NCBI GenBank assembly: GCA_044345405.1
Contig: JBIJBE010000020.1
Coordinates: 1 to 63,543 of the forward strand
Reading direction: 5' to 3'
DNA: 63,543 bases
Source of the DNA: Bdellovibrionota bacterium
GTDB taxonomy: Bacteria > Bdellovibrionota_C > UBA2361 > OMII01
A program made the translations under genes and the position numbers. Below the pieces are notes generated by a model that searched no databases, was not told the origin of the DNA, and saw nothing but the letters and a program-made list of their open reading frames with translations. How positions within the stretch are numbered: position 1 is the stretch's first letter; every line of letters starts with the position of its first letter. Shown one piece after another: positions 11,305 to 21,001 of the stretch.

Positions 11305-14300
11305 CTAGTGAAGATCGGGAATCGGAGGAGGAGACGCTTTCCGATCGGAGCTTGTGCTCAGGAACATCGCGAGCAGTTTTCGCTTGGAGGTTGAGTCGTT
11401 GAAGTGTTTGGTAAGGTCATCGAGCAACCCTCCGAAACCAGGTTGGTGCGCCCAGTGGGACTGATACGCCGCCATGAGACGCTCCCGATACTTCGGTCCA
11501 CGACTCTCAAGATAGCTACAGATCCGCGCCTCAGCGCCCTCCGGAGGCTCAACGCCCTCTTTGGCGCATTTAATAAGGGTGAAGAGCTCTCGGGCGGAGG
11601 AGGAAACTTCCGGCCCGTACAACCTGCTGGAGATATCCTCAAGCGCTTCATTCGCGACACCCTGTTTGCGGGATGACACTACGAGAGACTCCCCAAACTG
11701 ACGACGATACGACAGACCGATCTGATAGATCATTTCATCCATCCAGTTGATGTCCTGCGGAATACGCTCATTCACATGATCGTGCGTCTGAGGAGTCAGC
11801 ACGTCAATTACCTTGGCGGCTAGCTCAGGACCGGATATCACCTCAATCAACCCTCGCAACTCTAGCGCTACCGACTGTGAGCAGTATCCCTCAAGATGAA
11901 GCAACGTTTCATTAATCAGATCAGGATCAACTTGAAGCTCTTTAAGCGCGTGTCGGAACGTTCTATCAGGATAGATGAGATCGTAGCACTCCTCGATAAG
12001 CTTCTGCGTGTGCTTATGCGCCCGAAGTATCTCTTGAAGGGTCTGAATGTCGAGCGCGTCGAAGCACTCCTGCACGCGTGAGAGAATATCCGGGTCGATC
12101 CCCTCAAGCAGCAAAACAAGCTCAACGAAAGAACCCACGGTCAACGAGAGACGCGCGGCGACACCCTTCAAATGCACACGGAGAGAGCCGAAGGTATTGT
12201 CGTATGCGCGTTCAAACGCCATCACCTTGAGGGCTGGTCCGGAGCATACCATTCGCAACGTTTCAAGCTCTGGTGGTGTCTCACGCCTCATGACGCCGAG
12301 CAATCGGCGAACGGCAATAACCTCCGGCTTCAAGAGCGCGCTGACCGCTTCAAGAGCGAGGTCCTTATCACTACAACTCTCGCCAGCTTTCATCACGTGA
12401 TCGAGAAGATCCACATAGAAGGCACGTTTGAAACTCTCTCGGAGAAAGATGATATCGTGACTCGGTAGCTCTCGCAGTCGGCACGAGGAGAGAGGATCCT
12501 CATGAAGTCGCTGCAGAATGACTCTCCCATTAAAGCCACTGAAAGAAAGCATGAGCGTAGACAACCCATCAGGTGTCATCACCTCGCCCAACGCCTCACG
12601 CAGCGGCGTATGAGGATCGGTCATATCAAAAAAGACACGCTCAAGCTCATGGAGCGATTCCATAGGAAGGCTCGCGAGCGTTTCCCGCACCACACGATCC
12701 ATGTCGCTCGGAGGTCGCTCTTCGTCGAGAATCTGACCCAAGCGGATAGCTAATGCCTCAACCTCAGCGGTTGGGGTGTAGTCATAGTCCCAAACGCCCG
12801 ACCCGAAATCCTCAGCGCGGTACTGAGCGAGAAGGTCGATATTAAGCGGCCATCGTCCATGTCCATCGAGGTAGCGAGCGCAGATCGCCTCAAGATCAGG
12901 CGGAGCTATGGGTGAACCTAGCGCCGCGACGCGTCGCTCTAACGCGTCGCGCATCGAAACACCAAAGAGGCACACGTACGCCCTCTGCGTGGCGAGACAC
13001 TCTCGAGGCTCGAGATATTCAATCGGCTGAAGAGCTTCGTAAATATCAAAGGAGACTCCGAGCCGCTCATGAAACAACACGGCTCGCTGACGAGCGTCGA
13101 ACAGATTCAAGGACAAAAATATGGTGGGGTCAAGCTCATAGCCGTAGTACTCTCGAAGCGCTTGGTTCGTAGCGAGAAAACGGGAGTACGAAAGCGCGGC
13201 GACACGTTCCCGAAGCTGCTGGTATGAGATAAATGATAAGGCGACGACCGAATTACTATACCTAAGCAATCGCGTTCGCTTACATCGACGTAAAAATGGT
13301 CCAATTCCCTGGGTATATTCCCTGTCAACGGTATCCCGCGGATCCCCGTGGAGATCATCAAGCACCCCTCGATGGCTTGGTATCGAGAGGACCTTGTGAA
13401 TCTCTTCCGCCTCACCGTGAGGAGTCCATCCGCGTACAAGAGGAGCGAGGCGCTCCAACTCGGCGGGAGGAAAGAGGCGCCGAATTTGGGATTCCAGGGT
13501 CAAATCGTTGTCGGGTAGGTGTTGCTCCCCAAGATCCATATAAAACCGCTTCACTAACGCGAGCTCCTCAGCGCTTCGTCCTGTGAGCAGGTATCGAAGA
13601 GCGCGAAGCTGATCGCGCGCCCGGAAGGCGGTAGTCTTTTTGTGTTCACTCAACTCCGACTTACCGATAGTTCGACGTCCACCCACTGGGGCATTTGAGG
13701 CGGTATGATTGAGCGTGGAGAAGAGTTGTCGCGCGAGGTCCTTGTACGGCAGCTTTAAAAACTCCTCTCGCAAGGCGATCACTTGCATTTCAGTACAATC
13801 GAGCAACATGTCGAGAATTCGGTTTGCCTTATCTGAATGCCCACCTTGGTATATATCCCATAGTTTCTTGGCGGTCGCCTCCACATCGAGCCCAAAAACG
13901 ATACGCTGCAACCGCTCCGCGTGGGAATGTCCCACCCGCTTAATAATCTGATTATAGATCTCAGGGCGCTCACCTCGCTCCCTGATGAGGGCATAGTAGT
14001 GCTCGGTGAAGAATTCGTTCGCTCGCGTAAGTATATCCAGAGATTCGTGGCAAGATCGCTCAGCCAGGGCGACGTTGAACGCGCTCAGATAGACATCCAA
14101 CTCCGTTTCACGATCTTTTTGGGCTAACTTATATACCTGATGCGCGAGTGCTTCCGCGATCGCCTGACGCTCACCCGCTTGGTGATCACGCTGTCGTAAG
14201 GATTCTCGCGAGTGGGGCTCGGCCACGGGCAATGGTCGCTCGGATATCCGCTGCAGCTGTTCTACACCTCCATGCACCTTTAAAGGTCGATGGAATTGAT

Positions 14301-14466
14301 CGAAGATCTCGCCTTCGTAGAAATATCGCTGTTCGTCTTTGGCTTCCGGTTGTGCCTCAGCGATAGAATCAACCTGAAGTATCTCAGAGTTGAGGTCCGC
14401 GCCACCGTCCGTCCGTGAACGTCGCTTCAGTATGATCTTTTTTCCGTCAGGTCTTGAACCGTCCAT
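11305..14466 (-). CDS. large all-helical protein with multiple degenerate annexin-like repeats (putative)
   Basis: 1053-aa ORF. Recurrent segments such as ATAKKLWDIYQGGHSDKANRILDMLLDCTEMQVIALREEFLKLPYKDL, LLTGRSAEELALVKRFY and ICSYLESRGPKYRERLMAAY resemble the annexin repeat by eye. The CDS is near-certain; the family call is tentative. Confidence 0.6.
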   Translation of the reverse strand: MDGSRPDGKKIILKRRSRTDGGADLNSEILQVDSIAEAQPEAKDEQRYFYEGEIFDQFHRPLKVHGGVEQLQRISERPLPVAEPHSRESLRQRDHQAGERQAIAEALAHQVYKLAQKDRETELDVYLSAFNVALAERSCHESLDILTRANEFFTEHYYALIRERGERPEIYNQIIKRVGHSHAERLQRIVFGLDVEATAKKLWDIYQGGHSDKANRILDMLLDCTEMQVIALREEFLKLPYKDLARQLFSTLNHTASNAPVGGRRTIGKSELSEHKKTTAFRARDQLRALRYLLTGRSAEELALVKRFYMDLGEQHLPDNDLTLESQIRRLFPPAELERLAPLVRGWTPHGEAEEIHKVLSIPSHRGVLDDLHGDPRDTVDREYTQGIGPFLRRCKRTRLLRYSNSVVALSFISYQQLRERVAALSYSRFLATNQALREYYGYELDPTIFLSLNLFDARQRAVLFHERLGVSFDIYEALQPIEYLEPRECLATQRAYVCLFGVSMRDALERRVAALGSPIAPPDLEAICARYLDGHGRWPLNIDLLAQYRAEDFGSGVWDYDYTPTAEVEALAIRLGQILDEERPPSDMDRVVRETLASLPMESLHELERVFFDMTDPHTPLREALGEVMTPDGLSTLMLSFSGFNGRVILQRLHEDPLSSCRLRELPSHDIIFLRESFKRAFYVDLLDHVMKAGESCSDKDLALEAVSALLKPEVIAVRRLLGVMRRETPPELETLRMVCSGPALKVMAFERAYDNTFGSLRVHLKGVAARLSLTVGSFVELVLLLEGIDPDILSRVQECFDALDIQTLQEILRAHKHTQKLIEECYDLIYPDRTFRHALKELQVDPDLINETLLHLEGYCSQSVALELRGLIEVISGPELAAKVIDVLTPQTHDHVNERIPQDINWMDEMIYQIGLSYRRQFGESLVVSSRKQGVANEALEDISSRLYGPEVSSSARELFTLIKCAKEGVEPPEGAEARICSYLESRGPKYRERLMAAYQSHWAHQPGFGGLLDDLTKHFNDSTSKRKLLAMFLSTSSDRKASPPPIPDLH

Positions 14467-14541
14467 GCCTATCCCCTCCCCAAGGCGCCTCGTTCCGGAC
14501 TCTCAATGCCCCCACGCGGCGCGCGGGAGCGAAACGATCTC

Positions 14542-16725
14542 TTAGGTGTACTCCATCTCAATCCAAGCTCGTTCGCGCCTGTCTTGGTCCGGATCCTCAA
14601 CGATATCCCGTAGTACTATTCGGCCAAGTCGGGCGTTTATTACATCAATTGAGGCGTTTTTTCCGTCCATATGGAGCGGATCCAAGAAATCCGGATGGTA
14701 TCTAAGCATGTGATCTAACACGGCTCTGTCATGCTCGGACTTGGAGATCATCGCCCAGACGTTCTTGCCGACCCACGCGAAGTCCTGCACTCCCCAATCC
14801 AGGAGCCGCTGGACGTAATGTCCAACCGCCAGGAGCTCCTCAGGCGCCGGTGGACGCTCGAACTGGTAGGTACCTTGGCTGTTGCGCATTCGCTCCGCAA
14901 TCCAGACAAGGTTCGCCACAAGTTGCGGCTCACAGTGCTTGGCGAGCACTCGACGCTCAAGTGTCGAATCGAGGTACGCCATCTTCATCGGATGAATACG
15001 ACGAAGAAACGCGTCATCTAATTTACGATTAAAGTTCTTCGTGAAGATCACGAGAAGGTTATCGATGTTACAATCAATAGGTGGTCGGGACTCCAGGTGG
15101 ATACGCGCGTCCTGGATAGGTCCAAGGAAGAAGGTGTCGATATGCCCGTCGACCTTATCGATCTCGTCCACAAGAAGGATAACCGGTTGGCTCTGTGACT
15201 TAAGGAACGCTCGAGACAAGATACCGAGGTTCATCAGCTTGTCCTTGGCCCCAACCTCCTGCCCGGCCATAGACGACGCGATCGCGAGCGATGAAGGCAC
15301 CTCGATGAGGTGCTGAGTATTCATGCCGTGATAGCAACTTAATACCATCATCTCAGCGCCTGTAATCTTCGCGAGGCATTTCGCGAGGAAGCTCTTACCG
15401 CACCCCGAAGGCCCCTCGAGCAAAATCGCGCGAGTTCTATCGGACGGAGTGGTGAGCAACAACGCCATCTGCGTCGCCGTAAAGCGAGCGCATTGATATC
15501 CTACAGCTTGAAGACGGCGAGCCAACTCCTCTGGATTCTCAAAATTGGAGAGCCCTATCTTTTCAGGCTTATATGCCTTACCACGACGAACTTTGTCAGG
15601 ATCGTTGACCACGTCCTCAAGCAACCAACGACCTAAGCGAGCATGGATCTGCTCTAACGTCGCGTTACGATTATCGGGTACCAACGGGTCTGAGAAATCC
15701 GGATGGTAACGTAACATCTGCTCGAAGATCGTTCGATCGTGCTCAGACTTCGCGAGCATATAGAACAGATTCCTTCCAACGAACGCGAAATCGATAAGAT
15801 CCCAATCTAAAAGGTTGGTGATATAGTGCGCTGATTTCAGCAATTCCTCAGGCGCGGGCGGTCTCTCAAACGGGTACGATCCGTTCGACTCTCGCATGAT
15901 ATCCGCGACCCGCACGAGGTTATCCACAAGCTTCGGGCTGCAATACGGTCCAAGAACTCGACGCTCAAGGGACGACTCCATGAATCTCATGCGCAATGGG
16001 TGCACACGTCGTAATAACGCCTCGCTGAGCGGACGCTCGAAGTTCTTAGTGAAGATAATAAAGAGGTTATTTAGATTGGCGTCGATAGGAGGACGCGATT
16101 CAAGCCATACACGAGCGTCCTGAATCGGACCAAGGAAGAAGGTGTCGATGGCGACATCGACCTTATCGATCTCATCAATGAGAAGAATAACGGGCTTCGT
16201 CTGTGAGGTAAGGAACGCTCGCGAGATGATACCGAGATTCATCAAGTCCTCGGCCGAACGCTCTCCTTTGCCCGCCATCGCGTTCACCATGCCGAGAGTT
16301 GATGGCGATTCAACGAGATGCTGAAGATTCATCCCCTTGTAACACGACAAGCACATGAACTCCGCGCCAGAGATCTTCGCTAATGACTTCGCGAGGAAGC
16401 TCTTACCGCAACCCGAGGGTCCCTCGAGGAGCATACATTTAATGCTCGTCATGTTTGTGTTTAAGACGAGCGAAAGCTGCACAGCGTAGAACGGCGCGCA
16501 ATGATATCCTACCTCACCAAGTTTGATCTCAAGCTCCTCAGGGGAACCGAGATCCTGAAATCCCACCGAGGTCGGTTTATACGTGGTGTGGAAATTAGGA
16601 TTTGAAACACCAAGCTCGCTACCATCCGTTTTAGCGACCATGCCGTCGGCGTTCGTGCCCGAACGGAAGGTGAGGCCCTTCGTAGAGCTGGTGATGGGGA
16701 GTGACTTGTTTGAATCGGACGACAT
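14542..16725 (-). CDS. tandem (internally duplicated) MoxR/CoxD-like AAA+ ATPase
   Basis: Two modules offset by 336 aa (1008 nt), each with GPSGCGKS Walker A, LL(I/V)DEIDK Walker B, FTKN sensor and (L/F)LRR arginine finger. Confidence 0.88.
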   Translation of the reverse strand: MSSDSNKSLPITSSTKGLTFRSGTNADGMVAKTDGSELGVSNPNFHTTYKPTSVGFQDLGSPEELEIKLGEVGYHCAPFYAVQLSLVLNTNMTSIKCMLLEGPSGCGKSFLAKSLAKISGAEFMCLSCYKGMNLQHLVESPSTLGMVNAMAGKGERSAEDLMNLGIISRAFLTSQTKPVILLIDEIDKVDVAIDTFFLGPIQDARVWLESRPPIDANLNNLFIIFTKNFERPLSEALLRRVHPLRMRFMESSLERRVLGPYCSPKLVDNLVRVADIMRESNGSYPFERPPAPEELLKSAHYITNLLDWDLIDFAFVGRNLFYMLAKSEHDRTIFEQMLRYHPDFSDPLVPDNRNATLEQIHARLGRWLLEDVVNDPDKVRRGKAYKPEKIGLSNFENPEELARRLQAVGYQCARFTATQMALLLTTPSDRTRAILLEGPSGCGKSFLAKCLAKITGAEMMVLSCYHGMNTQHLIEVPSSLAIASSMAGQEVGAKDKLMNLGILSRAFLKSQSQPVILLVDEIDKVDGHIDTFFLGPIQDARIHLESRPPIDCNIDNLLVIFTKNFNRKLDDAFLRRIHPMKMAYLDSTLERRVLAKHCEPQLVANLVWIAERMRNSQGTYQFERPPAPEELLAVGHYVQRLLDWGVQDFAWVGKNVWAMISKSEHDRAVLDHMLRYHPDFLDPLHMDGKNASIDVINARLGRIVLRDIVEDPDQDRRERAWIEMEYT

Positions 16726-17049
16726 ACCTTAGGAAACCTCCAGAGAGCTCAAACCACGGAACTCTTTCGCTCCTCTCTAGCTATTATGGGCTCTGCGGCG
16801 GCACGTGTAGCATTTAGTTTCTTATTGTTTATTCTAGTTGCGAGCCCCAGCTAACCATCTGGATTCGCTTACTTTTAAGAATACGAAAATCCCCTAAGAC
16901 GGCCAAACCCTTCTACATACGCCGAGCGCTCCTCAATAAAACGCCTAAAACGCTCCCAATTCTCACAGAACACAAATTCCTGCCGTTATGAACGGTAAGG
17001 CCACTGGGTTCCACCGCATCTTCGCGGGGAATAGGTCACGGATGACTGT

Positions 17050-17907
17050 ATGCCTATAGTGATTGGATCAAACTTATTCGCCTCGCGAGTTCAGTTCGCG
17101 ATGGACAGAACGGGCGAAAAACTCCGCTCGGTATACCACAGCCTCTCAACAGGATCTGACGTGAGCCTCTACGGCGAAATGGGTGGACGCCTCACCCTTG
17201 CGGATCGTCTTCGCACACAAACAAAGGTAGCGACCGTCGCGCTTCGTAACGCGAATGATGGACTTTCCTACATCGCGACGGCCGACTCCGCGCTCTCTGA
17301 GATGCAGAATATCCTCACTCGCATGGCGGAGCTCGCTAACCAGGGAGCTAACACGACCTTTACCTCCGCGCAGCGTTCCGCCTTTCAGTTAGAATTCTCC
17401 GCGCTCGGTTCTGAAATTGACCGTATCTCGGCGGCGAATACCTTTAACGGTCAAAACACGATCTCCTCGGGTTCTAACCTCACCCTCCAAGTTGGCGTTA
17501 CAGGGGGAGCGGAGTCATCCATTATCATTCAATCCGTAGTGGCTACCGTTCAGGCTCTAGGAATCGGCACGGCTAGTGGCGCCCTCTCCTACTCGATATC
17601 GGCCGCGACCTCGGATCTCTCGGTGACCGCTTCACGACTGGCATACAGCGCTCTTCTCAACGCACAGGACTCTCTCGCCCTTAAACGTGGAACGCTTGGC
17701 GCGGTAACGAGTCGTCTCGCGATGGCTGTCGATTACCTGACCGTATCCCGCGAAAACTACACCGCCGCCGAGAGTAACATTCGCGACGCCGATACCGCGC
17801 GAGACGTCGCCGAATTCACGCGACTCCAGGTTCTTCAACAAGCTCAAGCGGCGCTGTTAGCCCAAGCTAATCAGCTCCCATCTCTTGTGCTGAAACTGCT
17901 CGGTTAA
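17050..17907 (+). CDS. flagellin (short, diverged paralogue)
   Basis: RNANDGLSYIATADSAL.EMQNILTRMAELANQ, EIDRI, FNG, and C-terminal RGTLGA...AESNIRDAD.A...LAQANQLPSLVLKLL. Confidence 0.92.
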   Translation: MPIVIGSNLFASRVQFAMDRTGEKLRSVYHSLSTGSDVSLYGEMGGRLTLADRLRTQTKVATVALRNANDGLSYIATADSALSEMQNILTRMAELANQGANTTFTSAQRSAFQLEFSALGSEIDRISAANTFNGQNTISSGSNLTLQVGVTGGAESSIIIQSVVATVQALGIGTASGALSYSISAATSDLSVTASRLAYSALLNAQDSLALKRGTLGAVTSRLAMAVDYLTVSRENYTAAESNIRDADTARDVAEFTRLQVLQQAQAALLAQANQLPSLVLKLLG

Positions 17908-17949
17908 GTCTTCCAGAGCCTCGCCACATCTGAGGTATCTTTTCTCTTC

Positions 17950-19632
17950 TTATTTGGGCGACGAGCACCCCGCGGGTACCATGGAGACGGAGACCGCTGT
18001 GCCCCATGGACCAACACCACGAGCGTTCGTGGCCCGTACGGAATACCACGCAGACTCCCCCGCTGCTCGTGCGCGTTTGTCCACAAAATGAGAGGAACTA
18101 CCCCCAACGCGTCCGACCTCGTCGCCTCGCCCATGTGGGCTTGAGGATCGATAGACTACATACGAGAGATCAGGCGGACCCGCCCGCCACGCCAACGCAA
18201 CCGCGCATGACGTTGCGTCGAGCCTCGCGGAAAGATCCGTGACAGCGCGCGGTCGATCCGGTTCCTTACGAATGGTGAAGGTGTCTTTGGTTTCTCCATC
18301 GGCGCCAACCATAGTCGCGACCGCCTCATTTCCATCTATCCTCAGGAACACAGAACCTAAGGTCGCCTCTGAGACCACCATAGCGGGATGATCGAGCGGA
18401 CCATGTTCAACCGTTCCCGCGTTGCCCGACGTCACATAGACCGTTCCACTATACGGTGTCTTGGAGAGCGAACGCTTCGAGTAGGAGCCCTCTTTAACCC
18501 CACTTCTAGTACCGCCCTCGACAACATACTTTTCAGTGAATTTGCTCGCGGTGGAGTAATATCGTGAGATGAATTTCGACCGCTCATAGGAGTGGCTATG
18601 TCCCGTAAACACGATATCCACACCAGCTTCATCGAGGATCGGAACGATGGTTTCTCGCATCCACGCCATACGCCCGCCGCTATCCTTGAGATCATCAGAA
18701 TCGTGATGGCCCTTTGAGTAGGGGGGATGATGCCAGAACGCGATGATCCATGGCTTGTTGTTCGCGGTGAGATCGTGACGAAGCCAGCGAACCATAGCCG
18801 AACGAACCTCCGGTTCTCGAATCTCTGAATTCAAGGATATGAAATGGGCGTTCCCGTGATCGAATGAGTAGTAGCGCTCAGTTCCAGAGGGAAGACCGCC
18901 GCTCTCGCCCCGCGTAGGAAGGGAGTAGACCTTATAGTAGGCCTGCGATGTGAGGTCATGATTTCCTTGCGTTGCCCACGCCACCTTTGAACGCAGGACC
19001 GAGCGATACGGGCCAAAAAAACCGCGCTGATATTGTTCATCAGTGCCGACATCGTACGCGTTGTCGCCGAGCATCGCGACAAAGTCAAAATCGCGCGCCG
19101 GGTGGACCTTCAGGAACGCGTCTCGAACGGACGCTTGTGAAAGCTCTTCTCCGTGTTGAAGCCTCCCCGATATTCCAGCGTCACCGAGTAACCAAACGCG
19201 GGTCGGCTCATCACCACCTTTTGGCGGTGTCACGAAGAAATGTTCAGTATCATCACCGGCGAGCACCTTAGATTGAGCCCGTATGGTGTAGTAATAGAGG
19301 GTTTGAGGAGTGAGCCCCGTAAGCGTTACCTCATGGTCTGTCGTGAGAGCCGATGCGTGAGAGAACATCTTCCTCGAATGGGGAGAGGCACGATACTCAA
19401 GACGGGTCTCAGATGGCTCCGTCGTTCGCCACCTTATCACCATCGAGGTTGGCGCCCCTTGTTGAAGATAGGGACCTCGAGAGATCTCCTGCGCGAAGGC
19501 GGTACCTATCAATAAGGTCGCCGAGCACAGGGCAAGACAGTAGAGTGATCCTATAACGGCGCGCAAACGGGAATAGTGACCTCGAGCGTTCATGAGTTCG
19601 AGCGTATCACAGAGAGATGGTCTGCGGACCAC
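17950..19632 (-). CDS. secreted purple-acid-phosphatase-type metallophosphoesterase with C-terminal FN3 domain
   Basis: Signal peptide, RGPYLQ N-domain, GDAG, GDNAY, GNHD, HHPPY and GHSHSYER motifs; FN3-like tail (LAWRA...YVVYRS...WYSVRATN..G.G). Confidence 0.88.
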   Translation of the reverse strand: MVRRPSLCDTLELMNARGHYSRLRAVIGSLYCLALCSATLLIGTAFAQEISRGPYLQQGAPTSMVIRWRTTEPSETRLEYRASPHSRKMFSHASALTTDHEVTLTGLTPQTLYYYTIRAQSKVLAGDDTEHFFVTPPKGGDEPTRVWLLGDAGISGRLQHGEELSQASVRDAFLKVHPARDFDFVAMLGDNAYDVGTDEQYQRGFFGPYRSVLRSKVAWATQGNHDLTSQAYYKVYSLPTRGESGGLPSGTERYYSFDHGNAHFISLNSEIREPEVRSAMVRWLRHDLTANNKPWIIAFWHHPPYSKGHHDSDDLKDSGGRMAWMRETIVPILDEAGVDIVFTGHSHSYERSKFISRYYSTASKFTEKYVVEGGTRSGVKEGSYSKRSLSKTPYSGTVYVTSGNAGTVEHGPLDHPAMVVSEATLGSVFLRIDGNEAVATMVGADGETKDTFTIRKEPDRPRAVTDLSARLDATSCAVALAWRAGPPDLSYVVYRSSSPHGRGDEVGRVGGSSSHFVDKRARAAGESAWYSVRATNARGVGPWGTAVSVSMVPAGCSSPK

Positions 19633-20070
19633 TCCTGATCGACATGTGTCTTGAAACTATCTATTCCCGAGATTCGAACCCAGGCGGACAGAAGGTTGAC
19701 CCCTCAGCGGAGAGCCGCGTGGTCAGAGGCTCGCTCACTTCGTATCCCGCCCTTCGCGCTTCTTGAACGAGCTCCGCGATGTAGGGATCTCCTCCACCAA
19801 CAGCGAAACATGCACCGTGAAGGTCGCCTGCATCCAGGGAATCAGCGGCGGCAGAGTTCGGCTTACGGGAAGACGGCGAGGGCTCAAACGGCATACAACA
19901 GGCTCCTTCTTTAGGTGGTCCTTCGTGCGGCTTTTAGAGATAACTTTGTCGACACATGCGCGGAGACAAGCCACTCTGTGCAAGACGCACCGCGGCAGCA
20001 TCGCATGAATTGTCCCGCTACTCAAAGCCAATAATGCCGGCGGTCATGAGAGGAGCGTAGGGGCAGCCTC

Positions 20071-20101
20071 AATAAAAAGGGCCCCGCGTAACGGAGCCCC
20101 T
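20071..20101 (-). terminator. intrinsic terminator of 20125..20646
   Basis: On the minus strand a GC-rich hairpin (GGGCTCCG/CGGGGCCC, with a G-T pair) is followed by TTTTT. Confidence 0.7.
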
Positions 20102-20124
20102 CTCTTTAGCCCGACGTGGCGTGG

Positions 20125-20646
20125 TTACCTAGCCATGCACGCCTGATACGTGGACTCTTTAGTTTCCATAGCCGATTTCTTCTGGGCGAGCAGCGTCTCC
20201 TGCTTAGTAATCCGTTGTGAGAGACGAGTCATCTGCTGATTTTGCGCTTTCACGAAAGCGTTCAGCCGTCCCTCCTGGGCCTTGAGTTGAGCCTTGGCGC
20301 GAGCGATCTGCTGCGTCACACGATTGACCGTTGGGCCTATACACGTTGGACGAGGTAGGAGGAGACACCCAAGCCCTTGCCCGATAGCGCCTTGCTGCGC
20401 GGCGTTAAAATTTCCTCGAGCGGTTTCTACGTTCCCCTCAAGAATGGCGCGGCGATATTCTCCCTGCTGCGCTGTTGTATCAACTTGAAACTGCAATCGA
20501 TTATATTGCTGTTCGGCCCGATTGTACTCGACAACGGCGCGATCGTACGACGTCTTCTCAGCGGCGCATTTTGCGGCTGCATGGCCAAGGGGTGCGCTTG
20601 AGATAGCGATAGCGACAGCGCATAGAAGTCTAAAACTGGCTTTCAT
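20125..20646 (-). CDS. secreted coiled-coil hypothetical protein
   Basis: Signal peptide (…GHA-A), Gln-rich heptad helices, four Cys in the mature part. Confidence 0.75.
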   Translation of the reverse strand: MKASFRLLCAVAIAISSAPLGHAAAKCAAEKTSYDRAVVEYNRAEQQYNRLQFQVDTTAQQGEYRRAILEGNVETARGNFNAAQQGAIGQGLGCLLLPRPTCIGPTVNRVTQQIARAKAQLKAQEGRLNAFVKAQNQQMTRLSQRITKQETLLAQKKSAMETKESTYQACMAR

Positions 20647-21001
20647 AGGGACACTCCGAATAATCTCTCAAAAGTTGGGGGGGAAACCCTTTGTAAAAAC
20701 TACCGGAGCCCGACCCCGTCAGATGGGGCCCAACTCCTACTACGTTACTGCTCTGATATGGCTCACATAGGGCGGACAGTAACCCAAAAAACACTATACG
20801 CCCGAACTTTCTCATAAGCCCCAGGCCTTTCTCAACTTCAGGTCGGTGTCCGAAACAGTCGGTATCAGGCGTTTTCTGCCAAAATTAGCAATCAAAGTTA
20901 TGACTTGGCATAAGTTTAGTTGATCTCCGGACGCTTTTCGTTAGTGTGACACCTACGGTGGGAGTCCCCCCATCACTGTAACGGTTCAACACGGTAGTTC
21001 G

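Noticed and set aside
19633-20070. Possible ncRNA or small gene in the gap after the phosphoesterase
   Set aside because: No recognisable RNase P, tmRNA, SRP or 6S motifs, and several competing short ORFs with no support.
20703-20740. Riboswitch upstream of the secreted coiled-coil gene
   Set aside because: A hairpin is present, but it matches no aptamer consensus I recognise (c-di-GMP, TPP, cobalamin and others).
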